A stretch of DNA of 64,000 bases, taken from positions 1,536 through 65,535 of the forward strand of contig CAJXVC010000013.1 of the NCBI GenBank assembly GCA_913060975.1. The letters run 5' to 3'. Positions 57,526-64,000 of this stretch are shown piece after piece. The translations under genes and the position numbers were made by a program. The first letter of the stretch is position 1; every line of letters starts with the position of its first letter. This DNA comes from an uncultured Gammaproteobacteria bacterium. GTDB lineage: Bacteria > Pseudomonadota > Gammaproteobacteria > Pseudomonadales > Pseudohongiellaceae. The notes below the pieces were generated by a model, which did no database searches, had not been told where the DNA came from, and saw nothing but the letters and a program-made list of their open reading frames with translations.

Positions 57526-59340
57526 TTATTTGTAGCCAGTAAATGTCCAGCCAGTTGTCCAGTCAGAAGCCGCATCCTTGATGGCGCCGATGTAATCGAC
57601 TTGATCAAAGAAAGAGTCAGAAGGAACGTTAGGGGTTACTGCATTGACTGCTGTGCCGTTTATCCAGCCAGTTGTGCCGCCCAGATCAACAGTACCGGAA
57701 GTGCTGTTCGTCTGCGCTGCATACCACTCAGTTGCAGTAAATGTGCCGCTGCCTTGCAGGTCGGCTGCACAGGCAGTTGAGATCAGGCTGTTTTCCATGA
57801 TCAGCGTGCCGTTCAATGTTGCAGCAGAAGCACCGGACTGACTGAAAGTTTCATCACCGGCAATGCGGATACAGCCTTCGTTAACTGGCGTCGGGAAAGT
57901 GCCACCGATTACCGAGTTGTACATGTGCATACCAGTACCTGCTTTCAGTTCGAAAGCGTGGCCGTTGCTCTTCTGGGTCGTGCTACCGATACAAGTCAGG
58001 TTGGAGATAGTCGGAATTGAGCGCGGTGTTGCAATCGGGTTGGAACCCAGGTTGTCCGCTTCAATACAGTTATCACCGCTGGAAGTCTGCTCAACAAGAA
58101 TGTTTTGCAGCTTACCAACATAACCAGTTGTCCAGTCCAGCGCGTCATCGTCATTACCAGTCAGCAACAAGTGCTTGGCATTCACAGTGCCGCCGTAGAA
58201 CTCGATACCGTCGTCAGCGCCGTTGTGAACCTGGATGTAATCAAGAATAGTGCCGGAACCAACGCCCTGCAGAGCAATACTGTTAAGCTCGTTCTCGGAC
58301 GTAATTGGCCAGCCAGCATATTTGACTTGTACGTAAGTCACCGCGCCGCTGTCGTCTGTAGCTAGTGGGGCAGTCGCGCTACCGTAGGTACCGGTAGAAC
58401 CTTCACCTTCGTCAGTTCCGCTTTGGGTATTCAGTGGTGCACGACCGTTGATAACCAGACCACCCCAGGTGCCGCGCAGATTCAGCGCATCAACACCAGT
58501 AACGTCTTGCTCGGAAGTCATGACGATCGGCTTGGTTGGTGTGCCGTTGGCAAAGATCTTGGCGCTCTTGTCGATGATCAGCGTGTTAACGCCTTCTGGT
58601 GCGAAGATTGTTGTGCCGGCATCGATAGTCAGTGACATCTTGGCGTCATTGGCTGTGTCGACGTTTTCACCAAAGAACACAGCGCCATTCAGGAAGTAGC
58701 TGAAGTTTGCTGTCAGGTGAGTGTTAGTCGTGATACGGCCAGTCAACTGGCATACTGATTTACCAGCGAAAGTGCCGCTGATCGCAGTAGTGTTAGTTGG
58801 GCATGTAGAAGCTGGCGGATTGGAGATAGAGAACGACGCTGGTGTTGAGTTGTACACCAGAGTATTGATATCGCCACCAGTGTAGTAACCCACATAGGCG
58901 TTGAATGTGTTACCAGCAACACCCAGTGTCTCACCAACTACGTCGTTGAAAACAGTAATTGTTTCAGTCGCTGACAATGTCTTGGTTTCGAAAGCCTGGA
59001 TATTGGCTGCGTCCAGTGTTGCGAACGTGCCACCTGACAGCATATTGAACATGCCAACGCCAGGTACTTCAACTACAACAACCATAGAAGCAGACTTGCC
59101 AACATCAGCAGAGGCAACATTGATTGTGGCAACCAGATCAACCGCGTCAGCAGCCGGAACTGTAGTCAGGTAGCTGGCACCGTTGTTGATTGTTGCGCCA
59201 CCAGTGATTGTTGTTGTCGTTGTGCCAGCCAGTGATGCTGTAGTGAGAGCAGGCTGATCGGCGGCAGTGGCTGCCATAGTGGCAATACCCAGTGCAACAC
59301 CGCTCGCGATTGCGCTCAGTTGTTTACGCTTGAAATTCAT
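57526..59340 (-). CDS. Secreted 604-aa protein of unknown function (repetitive beta-helix-like C-terminal region)
   Basis: Signal peptide MNFKRKQLSAIASGVALGIATMAATAAD and a Thr/Ala/Gly-rich N-terminal half. Conserved-looking block GADDGIEFYGGTVNAKHLLLTGNDDDALDWTTGYVGKLQNILVEQ..GDNCIEADN. I cannot assign a family. Confidence 0.6.
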   Translation of the reverse strand: MNFKRKQLSAIASGVALGIATMAATAADQPALTTASLAGTTTTTITGGATINNGASYLTTVPAADAVDLVATINVASADVGKSASMVVVVEVPGVGMFNMLSGGTFATLDAANIQAFETKTLSATETITVFNDVVGETLGVAGNTFNAYVGYYTGGDINTLVYNSTPASFSISNPPASTCPTNTTAISGTFAGKSVCQLTGRITTNTHLTANFSYFLNGAVFFGENVDTANDAKMSLTIDAGTTIFAPEGVNTLIIDKSAKIFANGTPTKPIVMTSEQDVTGVDALNLRGTWGGLVINGRAPLNTQSGTDEGEGSTGTYGSATAPLATDDSGAVTYVQVKYAGWPITSENELNSIALQGVGSGTILDYIQVHNGADDGIEFYGGTVNAKHLLLTGNDDDALDWTTGYVGKLQNILVEQTSSGDNCIEADNLGSNPIATPRSIPTISNLTCIGSTTQKSNGHAFELKAGTGMHMYNSVIGGTFPTPVNEGCIRIAGDETFSQSGASAATLNGTLIMENSLISTACAADLQGSGTFTATEWYAAQTNSTSGTVDLGGTTGWINGTAVNAVTPNVPSDSFFDQVDYIGAIKDAASDWTTGWTFTGYK

Positions 59341-59402
59341 GTCGACTCCTTGGTCTTCTTTGTAACGTGAGGATTACGGTCGGATCATGATAGGAATGAG
59401 TT

Positions 59403-59442
59403 GTTACACTTCTGCGACGATATGATTGCATTTTTGTGACAA
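59403..59442 (-). promoter_or_regulatory. Four 11-bp-phased Pho-box-like repeats upstream of the 604-aa gene
   Basis: On the minus strand: TTGTCAC-AAAA-ATGCAAT-CATA-TCGTCGC-AGAA-GTGTAAC. An 11-nt gap follows, then TATCAT (-10, 59386-59391). Confidence 0.55.
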
Positions 59443-59506
59443 TTGCTTGGCGGGCCGAAGACACAGTCTTACGCTCTTAAGCAGGCAAGCCATTACGCAG
59501 CGCCAG

Positions 59507-59535
59507 TTGTCACCACCTCGTCACAAAATGGTCAC
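59507..59535 (+). promoter_or_regulatory. Three 11-bp-phased GTCAC repeats immediately upstream of the 2OG-oxygenase-like gene
   Basis: TTGTCAC-CACC-TCGTCAC-AAAA-TGGTCAC. The array ends 24 nt before ATG 59560, and no Shine-Dalgarno is evident. Confidence 0.45.
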
Positions 59536-59559
59536 AAACTTCCTTTAGGCTTCGGGCCC

Positions 59560-60213
59560 ATGCCTGCAGATAAATCCGATTACGCGATCAAAGTGGAAGC
59601 CCAACATATCGGGCTTTTTGAAACACCCATCACCTACAGTCAATTGCACGAGGGCGAATCCCTGCTTGTTGATCTGGAGCAGACCGTGCGCCAGCGAAAG
59701 GCAGCGAGCGAGGGCGTAAAACGCTCCAACATCGGCAGTTGGCATTCCGACACTGACATGCTGGTCTGGGGCGGAGCGCCGGCTCTGAAGCTCGCCGAGA
59801 CTGCACTATCAATTGCCAAGCGCATGAGTCACTTTCTGGAAGGCACAGTCGACAGCTACGACTGGTATGTGCGGATGTGGGCCAACATCACGCCCAAGGG
59901 TGGCTTGAATCAACCCCACGCGCACCCCGGCAACCTCTGGGCGGCAGTTCTGTATCTGGATCTTGGCGATGCAAACGCAGGCGGGGCGCTGTATCTGGAA
60001 GACCCCCGATTCCCCATGGCAGCTATGCACGATACGTCATTGCGCATGCTGGGAGTGAACGGTCAGCCGCAGCAGTACGAAGTGGATTTGAAATTACAAC
60101 GCGGCAACCTGATTGTTTTCCCGGCGTGGCTACGCCATGGCGTGCGCGTGTACAACGGCGACAGAGAGAGACTCTCCATCGCCATGAACATTGATGCCAA
60201 GAGGAAGGGTTAG
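59560..60213 (+). CDS. 2OG-Fe(II)-oxygenase-like protein (PF13759 / TIGR02466-type)
   Basis: Start at MPADKSDYAIKV...GLFETPI. NQPHAHPGNLWAAVLYLDL...GALYLEDPR...GNLIVFPAWLRHGVRVY..RLSIAMNI. Paralogous to the C-terminal domain of 47746-49587. Confidence 0.65.
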   Translation: MPADKSDYAIKVEAQHIGLFETPITYSQLHEGESLLVDLEQTVRQRKAASEGVKRSNIGSWHSDTDMLVWGGAPALKLAETALSIAKRMSHFLEGTVDSYDWYVRMWANITPKGGLNQPHAHPGNLWAAVLYLDLGDANAGGALYLEDPRFPMAAMHDTSLRMLGVNGQPQQYEVDLKLQRGNLIVFPAWLRHGVRVYNGDRERLSIAMNIDAKRKG

Positions 60214-60261
60214 GCGGGTTGCCCGGGCTTTTTATTCAGACGCGTGATTTGAACGTGTCAT

Positions 60262-60978
60262 TCAAACTCGCTGCGACGTTGCACGCTTGAAGCGATAGCG
60301 ATTTACCGGGTTGAATAAACGCGCCAAACCTTTCGTAAAGGTCAGCGGACTATCGAGAACGGCAAAACACAAACAGCCTTCATCACTGGCAGGCTGATGG
60401 GTGTGTGAGGGAGTGCGGACAACAAAATCCGAAGGCCCATAGTTGCCCATCGCATCGCTGAAGCTGCCATCCAACACCAGAGTAATCTCATTACCCTGAT
60501 GCTTGTGCACCGGTACCTGACTGCCTGGTTTCATGTAGAGAAACTCGCACTGAGTTTCGTCGTCCAGCATGACTGATGCCTGATTGATGCCGCCGGCCAG
60601 TTTTTTCCAGACCAGCCCGTCGGAGGCGATGCGCGCCAACACCGATGGCAGCGTAATGCTGCGCTCATGCATGTGAATTTCTCGCACCGGAGATGCTGCA
60701 TCCTGCTCGGCAAATTCATCGGCGTCAGAGAATTGCGGCTGCGCCACAATGCTGTCGACCAGTGACGCATAATCGGACGAAGACTCCGTGCTATCGCTGC
60801 CGGTTTCAGCTAACCAGGCGAGAGTCGCCTGCGCTTCGATTTCACTGGTTCGCTGCCGACATTCAGCGCAAAGTTCAACGTGCGCCGCTATAGCGACACA
60901 CTTTCCGGTCGACAAGTTGCCGGTCGCAAACTCTTCAAGCATGGTTTCTGTCGGGTGCAGTGCGCGCTTGTCTGTCAT
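60262..60978 (-). CDS. chrR: ChrR-family anti-sigma factor (zinc-binding N-domain plus cupin C-domain)
   Basis: N-terminal H-x3-C-x2-C (AAHVELCAECRQR). C-terminal cupin VPVHKHQGNEITLVLDGSFSD. 4-nt overlap with the upstream ECF sigma gene. Confidence 0.8.
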   Translation of the reverse strand: MTDKRALHPTETMLEEFATGNLSTGKCVAIAAHVELCAECRQRTSEIEAQATLAWLAETGSDSTESSSDYASLVDSIVAQPQFSDADEFAEQDAASPVREIHMHERSITLPSVLARIASDGLVWKKLAGGINQASVMLDDETQCEFLYMKPGSQVPVHKHQGNEITLVLDGSFSDAMGNYGPSDFVVRTPSHTHQPASDEGCLCFAVLDSPLTFTKGLARLFNPVNRYRFKRATSQRV

Positions 60979-61697
60979 TGCTCGATACCAATTAAGTGTC
61001 GTAATTTCCCAACCGCCAGCCGTAACCTGGACTTCAGCGTTCCCAATGGAATCTGAAGGTGTTCGGCCGCTTCCTCATGGGTGCGGTCATGAATATAAAT
61101 TTGTTCAACTACCTCGCGTTGTGCGTCAGGCAGTTGCTCGTAATAAGCTTCTATCTGGGCTATCTCTACTTCCTGTGAGCCTTGTTCTTCATGCACCATA
61201 TTGCCATCGTGCTCGCCTTCCTGGGGCCAGATGTCATCGGCGTTCACTGTCGATGGTTGCCGCTTTAGTTTACGCAGCATATCGAAACAGCGATTTCGTG
61301 TGAGAGTAAAAATCCAGCTTTGGGCCGTGCCTCTGTCCAGGTCGTAAAGCGGCGCCTTTTGCCAAACGGTTAGCATCGCTTCCTGCACCAGATCGTTCGA
61401 CAACTGCTCATTACGCGTCAGCTTCATACCCATGGCAAATATGCGCTTGGCGAAGCGCTTGAACAGTTGGTCAAATGCCTGGCGATCCTTGCTGTTGCCC
61501 ACGGCGATCAGGAGCTTTTCATCACTGATCTCCTGCTCCGCCTCTATTGCGGGCGCTATATCGGCCACAGCCGCAGCTTCTGTGCGACTGTCAGAGGCCT
61601 TGCGGCTCCGAGGCACAGAGGGCGGTGGCAATCCGTCTGAAATCGAATTACCCATGCCAAATTCTTCCATTGATGGCGCCAGAGTGCTCATAAGCAC
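60975..61697 (-). CDS. ECF RNA polymerase sigma factor (RpoE/ChrR-type group)
   Basis: Region 2 (FDQLFKRFAKRIFAMGMKLTRNEQLSNDLVQEAMLTVWQKA) and region 4 (REVVEQIYIHDRTHEEAAEHLQIPLGTLKSRL). The N-terminal ~60 aa and the exact start (GTG 61697, ATG 61691/61670/61655) are uncertain. Confidence 0.8.
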   Translation of the reverse strand: MLMSTLAPSMEEFGMGNSISDGLPPPSVPRSRKASDSRTEAAAVADIAPAIEAEQEISDEKLLIAVGNSKDRQAFDQLFKRFAKRIFAMGMKLTRNEQLSNDLVQEAMLTVWQKAPLYDLDRGTAQSWIFTLTRNRCFDMLRKLKRQPSTVNADDIWPQEGEHDGNMVHEEQGSQEVEIAQIEAYYEQLPDAQREVVEQIYIHDRTHEEAAEHLQIPLGTLKSRLRLAVGKLRHLIGIEQ

Positions 61698-61700
61698 CGA

Positions 61701-61727
61701 AAACGCTGTTTGTTCCTGCCTGGATCA
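61701..61727 (-). promoter_or_regulatory. Putative autoregulated ECF promoter (TGATCC-N16-CGTTT)
   Basis: On the minus strand, TGATCC (61722-61727) and CGTTT (61701-61705). Mirror image of the plus-strand element 30 nt away. Confidence 0.4.
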
Positions 61728-61755
61728 CTACTGGTCGCATCCTTTCTGTCGCCTG

Positions 61756-61783
61756 TGATCCAAAACCCTACCAGAACCCGTAT
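61756..61783 (+). promoter_or_regulatory. Putative ECF (RpoE/ChrR-type) promoter of the SnoaL-SDR-oxidoreductase operon (TGATCC-N17-CGTAT)
   Basis: TGATCC at 61756-61761 and CGTAT at 61779-61783, about 37 nt upstream of ATG 61820. Matches my recollection of the TGATC...CGTA sigma-E singlet-oxygen promoter type. Confidence 0.5.
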
Positions 61784-61819
61784 CGCTGGTGAATCACACT
61801 GAACCCGGGCCTCTATGCT

Positions 61820-62290
61820 ATGACCGCAACACCAGAACTGCAAACTGCGCAGAATATGACTAGCGCGGAATATTTGGCTGACCGGGTCATTAAGGCCTAC
61901 CAATCCCTCAATTCCGAGGATTTATTCGATGTTGGAGCGCTTTACGCCCCTGATGTCTACTTCGAAGACCCCACCCACGGCATTCAGGGCAAGGCAGCAT
62001 TGATGAAGTACTTCACAAAAATGTTCCGCAATCTGCGCGACTGCGAGTTCAAGTTCCATCAGACGATCAGCAACGGTACTGACATTTTCCTGTCCTGGAC
62101 CATGTTGCTTAGCCACCCAAGCATTAAAAAAGGCGAAACTATCCGCATCGAAGGCGCCAGTTACCTGAAAACACGCAATGGCAAGATTTACTATCACCGC
62201 GACTATTTCGACATGGGGGCCATGCTGTATGAACACCTGCCAGTGATGGGCCGCGTAATCCACCACTTGAAAGAACGGCTAGTACGATGA
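61820..62290 (+). CDS. SnoaL-like / NTF2-fold protein
   Basis: 156 aa. Pattern LYAPDVYFEDPTHGIQGKAAL..YF..MF resembles NTF2-like polyketide-cyclase-fold proteins. First gene of the ECF-controlled operon. Confidence 0.55.
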   Translation: MTATPELQTAQNMTSAEYLADRVIKAYQSLNSEDLFDVGALYAPDVYFEDPTHGIQGKAALMKYFTKMFRNLRDCEFKFHQTISNGTDIFLSWTMLLSHPSIKKGETIRIEGASYLKTRNGKIYYHRDYFDMGAMLYEHLPVMGRVIHHLKERLVR

Positions 62291-63015
62291 AAATCCTCGT
62301 TACTGGCAGTACCTCCGGTATCGGCCAACAGTTGGCATTGGACTACCTCAAAGCGGGTCATACTGTTTATTGCTGCGGCCGCAAAGAAGAACCCCTGGCC
62401 GAATTGCACAAGGCGTATCCCGAACAGGCCCGCATTTTGTGTTTCGATGTAGCAGACTATTCGGCCTGCAAGACTCACTTGCAAGGCCTTGCTGAACTGG
62501 ACATAGTGATACTCAATGCTGGCACTTGTGAGTATGTTGATGCGCAGAAGCTGGACGCTGCCCTGTTCAAACGCGTCTTCGATATCAATGTCGGCGGCGT
62601 TGTGAATTGTTTGGAATTCCTGGTGCCACAGATGGCCACCAACGGCAATCTGGCGTTAATGGGCAGCAGTTCCAGCTTCTTGCCTTTGCCGCGCGCGGAG
62701 GCTTATGGCGCACCCAAAGCAGCAATCGCGTATCTGGCCAGCACACTGTCTATTTCGCTTCGCGCACAGCAAATTCATGTTTCCTATATTGCTCCGGGAT
62801 TTGTCGATACCCCGCTGACTAAGAGAAACGACTTCCCGATGCCCATGCAGGTGAGTACCGAATTCGCTGCCAGAAAAATTCGTCTGGGAATCAGCAACAA
62901 CAAGCGCGTGATTCATTTCCCGCGCCTCTTCACCGGCTTCCTGAAATTATTGGCTGCGCTGCCCATGGGTATTCAAAGCCGACTCATCGCACGCGCCACA
63001 TTGCGCCGACCCTGA
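62287..63015 (+). CDS. Short-chain dehydrogenase/reductase (SDR)
   Basis: MKILVTGSTSGIGQQLA (TGxxxGIG), NAG and YGAPKAA (YxxxK). ATGA overlap with the upstream gene. Confidence 0.85.
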   Translation: MKILVTGSTSGIGQQLALDYLKAGHTVYCCGRKEEPLAELHKAYPEQARILCFDVADYSACKTHLQGLAELDIVILNAGTCEYVDAQKLDAALFKRVFDINVGGVVNCLEFLVPQMATNGNLALMGSSSSFLPLPRAEAYGAPKAAIAYLASTLSISLRAQQIHVSYIAPGFVDTPLTKRNDFPMPMQVSTEFAARKIRLGISNNKRVIHFPRLFTGFLKLLAALPMGIQSRLIARATLRRP

Positions 63016-63051
63016 TTGAAAATTGCTGCGGTACAAGGAAGTGAAACCAGT

Positions 63052-64000
63052 ATGAACAAACAACGCATTGCTATCATTGGTAGTGGTATCTCCGGTCTGA
63101 CCAGCGCCTATTTGCTGCACAAGTCGCACGACATAACTGTGTTCGAGGCCAACGACTACATTGGTGGTCACACGCACACTGTGCCAGTTGCCATGGATGG
63201 CAAACAACTGGCTGTGGATACCGGATTTATTGTCTGTAATGACCGCAACTACCCCAATTTTTTGCGCTTCATGCAGCAGCTTGGTGTCGAACTACAGCCC
63301 ACAGAAATGAGTTTTAGTGTTCTCAATAAACCGCTCAATCTGGAGTACAACGGGCACAACCTGAATACGCTGTTTGGCCAACGGCGAAATCTGCTAAGAC
63401 CAAAATTCCATGGCCTGGTACAAGACATTCTGACCTTTAACAAAGCGGCCAAAGCTGCTGCCCATGATCAGGACTATCAGGCAGAAACACTGGGCAGCTT
63501 TGCAGAGTCATTGGCTGTCGGGCCGCTGTTCATGGACAACTACCTGCTACCGATGGTGGCGGCCATCTGGTCTTGCTCGCTGGCTCAGGCTAAGCAGTTC
63601 CCCCTGCCATTCTTCCTGAAATTCTTTCTTAACCACGGCCTGCTGGATATTCGTAACAGGCCGCAGTGGTATGTTTTGCAGGGCGGCTCCCATGCCTATA
63701 TAGAGCCCATGACCAAAGACTTCAAAAACCGCATTCGCCTGAACACGCCAGTAACAACGATTGAACGTACAGCACAATGCATCAAAGTCAGCGGGGCCGA
63801 CTTTAGCGAAGAGTTTGATCAGGTTGTCATGGCCTGCCATAGTGATCAGGCTCTGAAACTGCTTGGCAAGCCTACTGAGAGAGAGCACAAGATACTTGGG
63901 GCAATTGCTTACCAGAACAACGACGTCATCCTGCACACTGACACCAACCTCATGCCGCGCCGCCAGCGTTGCTGGGCAAGTTGGAACTTTCTCGCTGGTG
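63052..64000 (+). CDS. NAD/FAD-binding amine-oxidase-like oxidoreductase (partial, continues beyond the window)
   Basis: My translation: MNKQRIAIIGSGISGLTSAYLLHKSHDITVFEANDYIGGHTHTV... (GxGxxG dinucleotide fold). AAGGAAG Shine-Dalgarno. Typical member of RpoE/ChrR regulons. No stop in the window. Confidence 0.75.
   Translation, partial: MNKQRIAIIGSGISGLTSAYLLHKSHDITVFEANDYIGGHTHTVPVAMDGKQLAVDTGFIVCNDRNYPNFLRFMQQLGVELQPTEMSFSVLNKPLNLEYNGHNLNTLFGQRRNLLRPKFHGLVQDILTFNKAAKAAAHDQDYQAETLGSFAESLAVGPLFMDNYLLPMVAAIWSCSLAQAKQFPLPFFLKFFLNHGLLDIRNRPQWYVLQGGSHAYIEPMTKDFKNRIRLNTPVTTIERTAQCIKVSGADFSEEFDQVVMACHSDQALKLLGKPTEREHKILGAIAYQNNDVILHTDTNLMPRRQRCWASWNFLAG

Overview
This 64-kb window comes from a gammaproteobacterium of roughly 50-55% GC. 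It shows Pseudomonas/Cellvibrionales-type core synteny and carries four TonB-dependent receptors, which suggests a marine or aquatic organism (inference). All product calls rest on motifs I recognise in the supplied translations, on my own translation of two edge ORFs, and on gene order. No searches were run.

Layout:
- 1-27 kb is housekeeping core. It contains tyrS, an M23 peptidase, anmK, erpA, a bactofilin, argC, hemJ, thiD, thiE, hemL, a PfkB kinase, dnaJ-dnaK-grpE with sigma-32 promoters, recN, fur, bamE, rnfH, ratA, an SNF transporter, smpB and ssrA.
- This core is interrupted between bamE and rnfH by a metal-looking module: a His/acidic-rich TonB receptor, a CxxC membrane protein, an ArsA-like ATPase and a small protein ending in CC.
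- Immediately 3' of the tmRNA gene lies a ~5-kb low-GC island (27.06-32.1 kb). It is bounded by an imperfect direct repeat of the tmRNA 3' end and has no integrase.
- The island carries one tightly coupled four-gene operon: a beta-class DNA methyltransferase, an SF2 helicase core, a nuclease-like orphan and a MORC/GHKL-type ATPase. This is my best candidate for an uncharacterised restriction-like defence system.
- Downstream lies accessory DNA:
  - a segmental duplication of a secreted methyltransferase gene bracketing a TAXI-TRAP transporter, with a 105-bp TIR element at the breakpoint;
  - a secreted haloalkane-dehalogenase-like hydrolase and two convergent PQQ dehydrogenases;
  - DoxX and a Bax-type glucosaminidase;
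  - a TonB receptor / TPR-2OG-oxygenase / TPR-sulfotransferase cluster;
  - a Pho-box-decorated cluster with an orphan phoB, a TonB receptor, a 604-aa secreted unknown protein and a 2OG-oxygenase-like protein;
  - the ECF sigma/ChrR singlet-oxygen-type locus.

I found no rRNA, tRNA or CRISPR array.
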